A stretch of DNA of 32,000 bases from Thermofilum pendens Hrk 5 (GCF_000015225.1 NC_008698.1:1350001-1382000), one strand, 5' to 3'; counted from the stretch's first letter, positions 7,649 through 15,481 are shown. Notes: generated from the letters alone by a model not told the origin. Numbers and translations: made by a program.

Positions 7649-8372
7649 CGCGATAGTCTTGGAGGACGTGTGGAAGGTGTACGGCAAGCCCCCGAACGAG
7701 ACGGTAGCGCTCCGGGGCGTCACGCTGGAGGTTGGGAGAGGCGAGTTCTTCGCCGTCGTGGGTCCGAGCGGGAGCGGTAAGACGACGCTCCTCCACCTCG
7801 TGGGCGGCCTCGACAGGGCGACGCGCGGGAGGATCGTGGTCGACGGGGTCGAGATATCCTCGCTTAGGAGGGACGCGGAGCTCAGCGCCTACAGGAACCG
7901 CACCGTCGGCTTCGTCTTCCAGCTCTTCTACCTGGTGCCGAGGCTGAGGGTCCTCGAGAACGTGGAGCTACCCCTAGTCAAGCGCGGGGTGCCGAGGGAG
8001 GAGAGGAGGAGGATGGCCCTCGAAGCGCTGAGGCTCGTAGGCGTAGAGCACCTCGCCCACAAGTACCCGACCCAGCTCAGCGGCGGGGAACAGCAACGCG
8101 TTGCGATAGCCCGGGCGATAGTCGGGAAGCCAAGGGTACTACTCGCGGACGAGCCAACCGGGAACCTCGACGCGTCTAGCAGCGAGGTGGTCATGGAGAC
8201 GTTTAGGAGGCTGAACAGGGAGCTCGGAGTCACGATAGTCATGGTGACGCACAACCTGGAGCTGATATGGAACTGCCACAGAGCGGCGAAGCTACACGCG
8301 GGGAGGCTCGCAGGCGTCTACACGCCGGACCGCTACGAGGAGCTGATAGCGAGCTTCGCGAGGCGCGGCTAG
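7641..8372 (+). CDS. ABC transporter ATP-binding protein (MacB/LolD-type, COG1136-like)
   Basis: Walker A GPSGSGKTT, signature LSGGEQQRVAIARA, Walker B VLLADEPTGNLD, H-loop MVTHN. Overlaps the permease gene by 8 nt. Confidence 0.9.
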   Translation: MSSAIVLEDVWKVYGKPPNETVALRGVTLEVGRGEFFAVVGPSGSGKTTLLHLVGGLDRATRGRIVVDGVEISSLRRDAELSAYRNRTVGFVFQLFYLVPRLRVLENVELPLVKRGVPREERRRMALEALRLVGVEHLAHKYPTQLSGGEQQRVAIARAIVGKPRVLLADEPTGNLDASSSEVVMETFRRLNRELGVTIVMVTHNLELIWNCHRAAKLHAGRLAGVYTPDRYEELIASFARRG

Positions 8373-8701
8373 CCGAGGAACCTGGAGAGGTCAGACCTCC
8401 TCCTACCCTCCACGCTGGAGATGACCCTGCGGACAAGCTCGCCCCACGAGAGGTTATCCCTAAGCGCCCACGCGACCACGTCGTCCGTGTGTAACTTCAG
8501 GAGGGACATGAAGCTCTGCCACGTAAATCCAGCCCTCTTGAGCTCCGCCCCCCAAGCACCCCACAGGTACCTCGCCAGCATGTTGCCAGTCCACACCGCC
8601 AACCGGTCTGCCTCCAAGCCTGCCCCCAGCGCCGACCTCAGCGCCCTGATCTTCTCCTTGATTTCCAGGGGCTCCGGCGGCTCGCTGAGCGAAGCGCTCA
8701 A
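8369..8701 (-). CDS. Hypothetical protein (110 aa), no family recognised
   Basis: Fills the gap between flanking genes with a reasonable, non-biased amino-acid composition. Its stop codon shares a CTAG tetranucleotide with the convergent ABC ATPase gene. Confidence 0.55.
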   Translation of the reverse strand: MSASLSEPPEPLEIKEKIRALRSALGAGLEADRLAVWTGNMLARYLWGAWGAELKRAGFTWQSFMSLLKLHTDDVVAWALRDNLSWGELVRRVISSVEGRRRSDLSRFLG

Positions 8702-8750
8702 CCCTACACCCTCGCTTAACGCGTAACGGAGAAATAGATAGTTATCGCCT

Positions 8751-8756
8751 AAAAAA
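8751..8756 (-). terminator. Oligo-T tract (T6 on the minus strand) 4 nt after the stop of the 8760-9239 gene
   Basis: aaaaaa on the plus strand at 8751-8756. Archaeal intrinsic termination typically uses oligo-T tracts. Confidence 0.35.
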
Positions 8757-8759
8757 GGC

Positions 8760-9239
8760 TCAAGTCGAGAAGCCCACCTTGACCCCGAAGAAGTCCTTCA
8801 CGTGCGGCTTGAACATGTACCAGAGCACGATGGCCGAGACTAGGAGCCCTACTACTGAGAACGGGTCTCCCGCGGCCGCCGAAAGGAGACCGCTTAGCAG
8901 TCCCAGCACTTCGAAGATTACTGTGACCCACCAGGCCCACCCCTTGCCGGTCCACAGCCCCCACCCCACGATTAGGGAAACTGCGCCCATGACTATGAGG
9001 AGGGCACCGAGGCCTCCCAGGATTAGCGAGAACAGCCCAGGCATGGTTGCAGGCGTTGAGCGCTCGAGCAGGGGGCCTACCGCTACGAAGATCAGCCCTA
9101 GAAGGACGAGCAAGGCTCCTCCAAGCATGTTGAGGACGGCAAGTATGGTTACCCCCGTTGGCCTTGTGCGGGTAGTCTGGGAAAACTGGAGAACGGGGTT
9201 CAGCGGAGGAACTTCGGCGCCGTTCACCATGTTTATCAA
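8760..9239 (-). CDS. Small integral membrane protein (about 4 TM helices), family not recognised
   Basis: Hydrophobic segments ILAVLNMLGGALLVLLGLIFVAV, LFSLILGGLGALLIVMGAVSLIVGWGLW, WWVTVIFEVLGLLSGLL and VVGLLVSAIVLWYMF. A TATA-like box (minus strand aaataaata, 9261-9269) sits 22-30 nt upstream of the TTG at 9239; the ATG at 9230 is an alternative start. Confidence 0.7.
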   Translation of the reverse strand: MINMVNGAEVPPLNPVLQFSQTTRTRPTGVTILAVLNMLGGALLVLLGLIFVAVGPLLERSTPATMPGLFSLILGGLGALLIVMGAVSLIVGWGLWTGKGWAWWVTVIFEVLGLLSGLLSAAAGDPFSVVGLLVSAIVLWYMFKPHVKDFFGVKVGFST

Positions 9240-9463
9240 CTTTTAGTTGTGAAAGCCGGGTATTTATTTCTTTTTGAGCCTTCAACCGACGACACGTGCA
9301 CGTTCGCCACCCCCGCCGCGGTTAAAGACTCCTGCTCTCACACTGTAACGGAGAGGCAACCAGAGTACTCTCTAGGCGTGCCGGTACACCCGGTATTTTC
9401 GCCCGAGAATATCGTGGAAAGGATACGTCTTACTAAGTACAAGTTATTATTGTTTAATAATGG

Positions 9464-9471
9464 TATTTAAG
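9464..9471 (+). promoter_or_regulatory. TATA-like box (tatttaag), candidate promoter of the FDH-like operon
   Basis: Its 3' end lies 25 nt upstream of the ATG at 9496, the same spacing seen at other genes in the window. An A/T inverted repeat ATTATT-GTTT-AATAAT (9446-9461) lies just upstream of it. Confidence 0.35.
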
Positions 9472-9495
9472 CTTGTGCAGAAATCCTTGGTTTCG

Positions 9496-9690
9496 ATGCT
9501 GGAAAAACATCACCCGCTTTACCAGCAACACGCATCCATTAAAAGGAAGCTCGAGGCTGACAGTCAGCTCATGCCGGAAGCTATACACGGGCTAGCGGCC
9601 CTCTACCTCGAGGAAGAGGACTTCACGTGCTTCGCCGCGAAGAAACTCTACGGGAAGCGCGAGAAAGGCGAGGTTAAAAGGGTGTTCTAG
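9496..9690 (+). CDS. Small hypothetical protein (64 aa), possible first gene of the FDH-like operon
   Basis: The ATG at 9496 is in frame with track ORF 9460-9690. Its TAG stop directly abuts the ATG of the 1170-aa gene (tagatg). The 3' two-thirds has neighbour-like codon usage. No family recognised. Confidence 0.4.
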   Translation: MLEKHHPLYQQHASIKRKLEADSQLMPEAIHGLAALYLEEEDFTCFAAKKLYGKREKGEVKRVF

Positions 9691-12600
9691 ATGCCCGGAG
9701 AGATCGATAGGCGTAGCTTTTTGAAGCTGGCAGCCATAGCGGCGTCCGCGCTAGCTCTACCGGTCGAAGCGCAACCAATACCCCTTAAACCCTGGAAGAC
9801 GCAGTGGGGCTTCGGGGAGATAGGCGGCAAGGGGGATCTCGCGAAGGCGAGGATAACGCCAGTTATATGCCCGTACTGCTCGATGGGGTGTTCCATTGAT
9901 TTCTACACGTTCGGCGACCAAATCCTGTGGACCGAGGGGTCTCCCGACTCCTACATAAACTTCGGCGCGCTGTGCCCGAAGGGTAAGGCGGCGTTCGAGC
10001 TAGTCGAAAACGAGATGAGAGTTACGCAACCGATGATAAGGACGGGTCCGAAGCCGCCTCCCGAGGAGATTCTCAGCGCTAAGAGCTGGGACGAGCTAGT
10101 AGCCCTTGTCAAGAAGTACCCGCCACAGTGGAAGCCTGTAAGCTGGGACGAGGCCTTCAGGTTCATAGCGAGCAGGGTGGCGAAGATACTCAACGAGTGG
10201 CGTAGCTCTAGCGGCGCGCCCAAGCAGCCTGACGGTTACTACTACGTCGGCTCGAAGGTTCCCATACAGCTCATAGGCTCGTCCATAATGGTGAACGAGG
10301 CGGGCTACCTTACAACTAAGCTCGCCGAATTCCTGGGGACTACGAACGTAGACTCTCAGTACAGGAAGTGCCACAGTTCGACGGTGTCGTCGCTGGCGCT
10401 GACCTACGGGTGGGGCGCGGAGACCGCGACTATAGAGGACGTGGCACTCGCCGACGTGGTCCTATTCTTCTCGAGCCCCGCCGAGGCCCACCCGCTGTCG
10501 TTCCAGTACTTCCTCAAGGGGAAGAAGGAGAGGGGGACGATATTCATCACGTTCGACCCGCGGTACAGCAGAACCGCCATGGCGTCCGACCTGTGGGTTC
10601 CCTTCAGGAGCGGTACCGACACGGCGATCTTCCTCTACATCCTCCACTACGCCTTCTTCGAGAGGGATCCCCCGATAGACTCCCTCGACGCGTTCAAGGC
10701 TTTAAGGTCGAGGTGGAACGTAACGGACGACGACCTGGCAGACTTCAAGGAGCTTATCAAGGAGTACGACGCGGAGACCGTCTCCAGGATTACCGGAGTC
10801 CCGGTCGACATGCTTAGAACTGTTGCCCGGATCTACGTCGAAAACAGCGGTGTGGCGACTAACCACAAGAAGCACGGCGTCGTCCAGTGGGCTATGGGGA
10901 TGACGCAACACACGAACGCCACCATAAACATAATCAGGGCCGCTGCGATAATGCAGCTCCTCTTGGGCAACGTAGGGTTCCCGGGCGGCGGCGCCCACCC
11001 GTTCAGGGGGCATAGCAACGTGCAGGGAGTCACCGACGTCCAGGGAGGAGGGCTGGGCGCCCTCCCAGGGTACCACGCGTCCCCCTCCTCTACGTTCTAC
11101 GTGCGCCTCTACCAGGATTGGAAGCTCCAGGGGATGCCGGACGCCTGGAACTGGGTCGTCCCCGAGTGGGCGAGGAAGACCTTTACAACCACGACGCCCG
11201 ACAAGGGTAGCGCTGACCTCACGAAGATACTCCAGGTGTACACGTTCTACGGCTGGAGGAGGTTCGAGCTTCTCTGGGGCTTCTTCTGCGGAACGGTTCC
11301 GGAGGACGACCCCGTCAACGGGACCGTCGTATGCGACTTCCCGTTCGGGACGGGGTCCACGGAGATAACCTTCCCGAGGAGAGTCCTCAACGGCGAGATA
11401 AGGGCGGCTTTCATATTCGGGGAGAACCCCGCGGTGACCAACCCGAACGCAAAGGTGATATGGGCGGCTCTCTCGAAGCTCGACCTCCTCGTAGTGTCGG
11501 ACATATTCGAGACTGAGACCGCGTGGTTCGCCGACGTGCTCCTACCGGCGTCCTCCTTCGCTGAGGTGGAGGGCACGAAGACGAACGGAAACAGGGTTAT
11601 ACAGTGGACCTACGCCGCTCTGAACCCCAGGGGCGAGTCTAGGCCCGATTACTGGATAATCACCAAGCTATTCCAGTACCTGAGGAACTACGGCGCCGTG
11701 AAGCTACCGAGCGAGGTCTTCGGGTTGAAGAGCGAGAAGGTGAAGGTGAGAAAGGGCGGCAGGGTCGTCCTCCTCTACGAGCGCCCGCTCAGGCCCGACG
11801 CGAGCTGGGACTACTCTGGAGGCAAGGGCGCCGCGTCGCCGATAAGGAGCATCGAGGCAGAGGTCAACCCCAGGATAATAAACAAGGAGATAAACTTCGC
11901 GGTTCTCATCTACCAGGGGATGTACGACCCGGTTAGGGACGAGTTCACCTCGATGCGGAGGGACAAGAGGCTGAGGCAGCCGGGCGAGATCGACGGGCTC
12001 TTCTCGTCTACGTTCAAGGTCTACAAGAACTGGGGCTGGTCCTGGCCCATGAACGTCAGGATACTCTACAGCTACACAGGCCTCGCCGACACTCTCGGCA
12101 CGACGGACACCGTGTACGCGGCTGGGCGTCAGTGGCAGGCCACCGGGGAGACCGGGGAATGGATAGACGAGTACACGGGCGAGTACAGGCCCGCCTTCAT
12201 ACCTGGGCACAACTTCTGGCTTCCCAGAGCGTTTAAACGCAGGCTAAGCGGGGTTGCCGACCTCTACGGGGGGATCGACGTCATGCACCTCATAAGGCAC
12301 AACGAGCTGAGGCCTCTGGGGCTCTTCGCTGTCGAGGACGGCGGCGAGGTAAAGCTGCTCACGTTCGAGGAGTACGTCGCGAGCACCGGCATGAAGTACC
12401 TCTGGGCCAACGATACCCTGTACTGGGATCAGGACACGGCGATAGCCGTGAAGGCTACCGTGAAGAGGGCCTTCTTCCCGGGCGGCGGTTGGAGGCAGTT
12501 CAAGCCCACCTACGAGCAGATGAGGGCTACCCTGAAGAAGTACTACGAGCAGACGGGTAACATGAGGGACGCCGTGAACAAGACGATCCAGGAGCTGAAA

Positions 12601-13203
12601 GGGTGGTACCCGGGCTACTCCTTCACGTGGCCTATACACACGGAGCCCGTCGAAAGCCCCGACCTGGAGATGGCGATACGGTACCCGACCCTCGCCTGGC
12701 TGAACAGCTACAACCTCCAGGTACTCAACGAGCAACCCGACATCGTGAGGGGCAAGCCCGTCGGGGTTGCGCTTACACCGCAGGACCTATCGAGCATCCC
12801 GGGAGAGCTCGTGGTTATAACCACGAACAGGCTCACGGAGCACTGGCACAGCGGGTCAATGACTAGGAGGACTCCGTTGCTGGCAGAGCTGGATCCGGAG
12901 CCCTTCGTCTACGTTCCGAGGGAGCTTGCGAGGAAGCTGGGCGTGAACTCGGGGGACTACGTGGAGATAATCACTGCTAGAGGGTCGATAAAGATGAGGG
13001 CATACGTGACGGAGGGCGAGGCCTACCTAACAGTGAACGGCAGGCAGCTACCGCATGTAAACGTTGTGTGGGCGTTCAGCTTCCTCGGGTACGTGACCGG
13101 CCCCCAGGGGAACTTCATCTCGCCCGACGTAGGTGACGTGGTTACGACGATCCAGGAGACTAAGGCTTGGATCGGTAAAATTAGGAAGGCGGAGGTGGTG
13201 TAG
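9691..13203 (+). CDS. Tat-exported molybdo/tungstopterin oxidoreductase catalytic subunit, formate dehydrogenase-N alpha (FdnG)-like, Cys variant
   Basis: Twin-arginine signal DRRSFLKLAAIAASALALPVEA. N-terminal [4Fe-4S] motif CPYCSMGCSIDFY...CPKG. Ligand-region QYRKCHSSTVSSLALTYGWG aligns by eye with the FdnG ...RVUHGPTVA... region, with Cys (TGC at 10369-10371) replacing Sec and the adjacent His retained. WPMNVRILY and HTEPVESP segments also resemble FdnG. Confidence 0.9.
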   Translation: MPGEIDRRSFLKLAAIAASALALPVEAQPIPLKPWKTQWGFGEIGGKGDLAKARITPVICPYCSMGCSIDFYTFGDQILWTEGSPDSYINFGALCPKGKAAFELVENEMRVTQPMIRTGPKPPPEEILSAKSWDELVALVKKYPPQWKPVSWDEAFRFIASRVAKILNEWRSSSGAPKQPDGYYYVGSKVPIQLIGSSIMVNEAGYLTTKLAEFLGTTNVDSQYRKCHSSTVSSLALTYGWGAETATIEDVALADVVLFFSSPAEAHPLSFQYFLKGKKERGTIFITFDPRYSRTAMASDLWVPFRSGTDTAIFLYILHYAFFERDPPIDSLDAFKALRSRWNVTDDDLADFKELIKEYDAETVSRITGVPVDMLRTVARIYVENSGVATNHKKHGVVQWAMGMTQHTNATINIIRAAAIMQLLLGNVGFPGGGAHPFRGHSNVQGVTDVQGGGLGALPGYHASPSSTFYVRLYQDWKLQGMPDAWNWVVPEWARKTFTTTTPDKGSADLTKILQVYTFYGWRRFELLWGFFCGTVPEDDPVNGTVVCDFPFGTGSTEITFPRRVLNGEIRAAFIFGENPAVTNPNAKVIWAALSKLDLLVVSDIFETETAWFADVLLPASSFAEVEGTKTNGNRVIQWTYAALNPRGESRPDYWIITKLFQYLRNYGAVKLPSEVFGLKSEKVKVRKGGRVVLLYERPLRPDASWDYSGGKGAASPIRSIEAEVNPRIINKEINFAVLIYQGMYDPVRDEFTSMRRDKRLRQPGEIDGLFSSTFKVYKNWGWSWPMNVRILYSYTGLADTLGTTDTVYAAGRQWQATGETGEWIDEYTGEYRPAFIPGHNFWLPRAFKRRLSGVADLYGGIDVMHLIRHNELRPLGLFAVEDGGEVKLLTFEEYVASTGMKYLWANDTLYWDQDTAIAVKATVKRAFFPGGGWRQFKPTYEQMRATLKKYYEQTGNMRDAVNKTIQELKGWYPGYSFTWPIHTEPVESPDLEMAIRYPTLAWLNSYNLQVLNEQPDIVRGKPVGVALTPQDLSSIPGELVVITTNRLTEHWHSGSMTRRTPLLAELDPEPFVYVPRELARKLGVNSGDYVEIITARGSIKMRAYVTEGEAYLTVNGRQLPHVNVVWAFSFLGYVTGPQGNFISPDVGDVVTTIQETKAWIGKIRKAEVV

Positions 13204-13204
13204 A

Positions 13205-14065
13205 ATGGTCTTGCAGAAGTTTCCCAGTTTAAGCGAGGGCTACGCTGTACTGGTAGACCTCGATAAGTGCATAGGGTGCCGTGCCTGCCAGGTTGCGTGC
13301 AAGGACTGGAACTCGAGGCAAGCCGAGAAAACCACGTTCAGCCCCACGTTTACGAATCCCCCGGACCTCACGGCTAACGACTGGAAGGTAGTCTTCTACT
13401 ACGAGGGTAAGTCGAAGAAGGCTCTGCTCACACCGGCCGGCGAAGTCGTATTTGAGCAGGTAGACGTGGTTCCTCTACCCTTCCAGTGCATGCACTGCGC
13501 CACGGCTCCGTGTAGCAGGGCTTGCCCCGTTGGGGCGATAAAGGTAACCCCCGAGGGCGCCGTTGTTATAAGCAAGGAAGAGTGCATAGGGTGCGGTTTC
13601 TGCGAGACAGCGTGCCCCTTCCGCGTCCCCAGGCGGGGCTCCGACGGGAAGTACTACAAGTGCACGTTCTGCGTGGACCGAATCCAGAACGGCAGAGCTC
13701 CCGCATGCGTAGAAGCGTGCCCCACGGGCGTCTTCACGTTCGGGAAGGCGGGCGACATCATCGAAAAAGCGAAAGAGCTACAATCCACCGGGAAGACCGT
13801 CTTCGGGCTAAACCTCGACAGCTACGTGGGCGGCGGTGTACGCTGGATATACGCGGGCTCCGAGAGGAGAAGCTACGCGATAAAGGAGCACTTCGCCGAT
13901 AGAGGCAAGCCCGTAGCTACGCAGGAAGGCAGGGAGCTTCTTAAACCGCTGATACTCTACGGCGGCGCTCTCGGCGCACTGGCGCTGGCGGCTATAGGCG
14001 TGGCTACCTGGAGGAAGAGCAGGGTCGAGGAGGTGAAGTCGAGCTCCCAGGAGGAGAAGAGGTGA
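13205..14065 (+). CDS. 4x[4Fe-4S] electron-transfer subunit with C-terminal membrane anchor (FdnH-like)
   Basis: CIGCRACQVACKDWN, CMHCATAPCSRACP, CIGCGFCETACP and CTFCVDRIQNGRAPACVEACP cluster motifs. C-terminal TM LILYGGALGALALAAIGVATW. The ATG at 13205 lies 1 nt after the alpha-subunit stop; the 13133 start in the track overlaps the alpha gene and is unlikely. Confidence 0.85.
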   Translation: MVLQKFPSLSEGYAVLVDLDKCIGCRACQVACKDWNSRQAEKTTFSPTFTNPPDLTANDWKVVFYYEGKSKKALLTPAGEVVFEQVDVVPLPFQCMHCATAPCSRACPVGAIKVTPEGAVVISKEECIGCGFCETACPFRVPRRGSDGKYYKCTFCVDRIQNGRAPACVEACPTGVFTFGKAGDIIEKAKELQSTGKTVFGLNLDSYVGGGVRWIYAGSERRSYAIKEHFADRGKPVATQEGRELLKPLILYGGALGALALAAIGVATWRKSRVEEVKSSSQEEKR

Positions 14066-14787
14066 TGGGCGTGGGTAGAAGGGTCGAGATAATAAGCAAG
14101 AGCTACAGGATAGCGCACACCCACAACCTGCACTTCATAGCAATACTATCGGTGACCGGCTTAACGGTAATGGCGCTTGAATACTTCTCGTGGCTTGCCT
14201 ACGTAGTCGGGCTTCCCTTCGCCCCGCTACTCGGAGTAGACCCCGTCACCGCCGGAGTGCAGATATTCCGAGTATTGCACAGGATATTCGGCGTAGCGTG
14301 GGGAGGATTGCTGGTAGTGTACGGGTGCTACCTCTTCTGCTCCGGGAAGGCTAGGGTATTCGACCCCCTAAAGAAGCCCCTGAGGGACCAGCTCAAGGAG
14401 GCCTCCTCCCTCGCGAAACACTACCTGCTCGGCAAGCCTATACCCGAGGAGGTACTAGAGAAAATGGAGAGACACAACGTCTTCGTGTCCTATCTGGCGA
14501 TACTCCTCGGAGTAGGCTTCGCGCTCCTAGCTGTGAGCGGCGTCGGGCTCATGCTCCGCTACGCCCTAGGCTTAACGGCCCAGCAAGCCGCGATACTACT
14601 CTTCCTGCACGACCTGGGCTTCGGCATAACGGTTCTCTTCGTGCTGTTCCACCTCTTCGCCGCCTTCCACCCGTCCAACAGGCCACTCCTCGACGCCATG
14701 TTCGGCAATGGCACAGCGCCCTTCGACTGGGTCGCAGAGCACATGAAGGCTTACGTAAAGCGCTACGGCGTAGCCCCCGAGCAGTAA
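14062..14787 (+). CDS. Membrane cytochrome b subunit (FdnI / Ni-Fe hydrogenase b-type cytochrome family-like)
   Basis: About 4 TM helices with His residues at helix ends (HTHNLHF, VLHRIFG, FLHDLGF, HLFAAFHP). The start (GTGATG) overlaps the TGA of the beta-subunit gene. Its position as third gene matches fdnGHI order. Confidence 0.75.
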   Translation: MMGVGRRVEIISKSYRIAHTHNLHFIAILSVTGLTVMALEYFSWLAYVVGLPFAPLLGVDPVTAGVQIFRVLHRIFGVAWGGLLVVYGCYLFCSGKARVFDPLKKPLRDQLKEASSLAKHYLLGKPIPEEVLEKMERHNVFVSYLAILLGVGFALLAVSGVGLMLRYALGLTAQQAAILLFLHDLGFGITVLFVLFHLFAAFHPSNRPLLDAMFGNGTAPFDWVAEHMKAYVKRYGVAPEQ

Positions 14788-14790
14788 AAA

Positions 14791-14809
14791 CTTTTTCTTT
14801 TCCCGTTTC
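14791..14809 (+). terminator. T-rich tract (ctttttcttttcccgtttc) right after the cytochrome b gene
   Basis: Read directly from the sequence; begins 4 nt after the TAA at 14785-14787. It may attenuate or terminate transcription before the FdhE-like gene. Confidence 0.3.
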
Positions 14810-14820
14810 GGTGAGTCTGC

Positions 14821-15450
14821 GTGAACCAGTTTATCGATGCGCTGTTCGACTCCCTGTGCGGGGGCTCGGAGGAGTGCAAGCAGGCGCTGAGAGAGGTTTA
14901 CAGCCTGTTCGAAGGAGTCGAGGAAGTGGTTAGAAGGCTACCCAAACCCGTTCTCAGATCCTTCGAGGAGCCCCTAGCGGGCAACGTGGCGAACAGGGAT
15001 GAAGTAGTTAGGGAGGCGGAGGCCCTCGGCGTGGGCGAGGAGCTTTCAGACTACGTCGTGAAAAGGGTAACGGCGCTCGAGTTCGGCTGGGTAAAGCCTA
15101 GAGGCCTTAAGTGCCCGGTATGCGGGCAGGCGCCATCCCTAGTCCTACTAGAGGAGGAGCCCAGCGTCGGCTTCGCGAAGCAGAGGGCCAAGGCCAGGTG
15201 CATCTGCGGCTACGAGCGCGAGTTCGAGAGGTTTACCTGTCCGAGCTGCGGGTCTGCGGGACGCCAGAACTTCGAGGTTTACGTTTCTAGGCGTACCCAC
15301 GCTAAGCTGTTCGTGTGCAGGAATTGCGGGTACGCGTTCCTGGAGATACCGAGGAACGGCCTATCCGAAAGCGAGCTGCAGGGAGTGCACGCGTCCATCA
15401 GGCTCGTGTTGAAGGCCGGCGACACGACGCGAACACATGCCCCGGAATAG
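14821..15450 (+). CDS. FdhE-like formate dehydrogenase accessory protein (short form)
   Basis: Cysteine pattern CPVCGQAPS...RCICGYERE..RFTCPSCGS....VCRNCGYAFLEI parallels E. coli FdhE (CPVCGS...CNLCETEW..VKCSNCEQ....CGDCGTYLK). GTG start. Lies immediately after the FdnGHI-like genes. Confidence 0.7.
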   Translation: MNQFIDALFDSLCGGSEECKQALREVYSLFEGVEEVVRRLPKPVLRSFEEPLAGNVANRDEVVREAEALGVGEELSDYVVKRVTALEFGWVKPRGLKCPVCGQAPSLVLLEEEPSVGFAKQRAKARCICGYEREFERFTCPSCGSAGRQNFEVYVSRRTHAKLFVCRNCGYAFLEIPRNGLSESELQGVHASIRLVLKAGDTTRTHAPE

Positions 15451-15451
15451 G

Positions 15452-15459
15452 CTTATATA
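15452..15459 (+). promoter_or_regulatory. TATA-like box (cttatata) for the polyferredoxin/AOR pair
   Basis: Its 3' end lies 23 nt upstream of the ATG at 15482. This supports 15482 rather than 15437 as the start. Confidence 0.4.
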
Positions 15460-15481
15460 CTTCCGCGCCTCCCAGCCCTTA

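Noticed and set aside
8749-9285. Overlapping ORFs 8749-9285 (minus strand) and 8779-9246 (plus strand), competing with 8760-9239 (minus strand)
   Set aside because: Only the 8760-9239 frame gives clean TM helices with short polar loops. The other two translate to Arg/Pro/Ser-rich sequence.
9249-9470. 73-aa plus-strand ORF in the long A/T-rich region upstream of the FDH-like operon
   Set aside because: It has a GTG start with no promoter context and atypical codon usage, and it runs through the palindromes and TATA-like elements. The region is more plausibly regulatory DNA.
10369-10371. Possible selenocysteine (in-frame TGA) at the FDH active site
   Set aside because: The codon at the ligand position is TGC (Cys). 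There is no in-frame TGA in the alpha-subunit gene, so no SECIS-type element is required.
13133-13204. Upstream extension of the FdnH-like ORF (track start 13133)
   Set aside because: It would overlap the alpha-subunit gene by 71 nt and encode an Arg-rich peptide. The ATG at 13205, 1 nt after the alpha stop, gives an N-terminus that leads straight into the first Cys cluster, as in FdnH-type proteins.
15437-15481. Upstream extension of the polyferredoxin ORF (track start 15437)
   Set aside because: The extension contains the TATA-like box (15452-15459) itself and overlaps the FdhE-like gene. The ATG at 15482 has the leaderless-type spacing.
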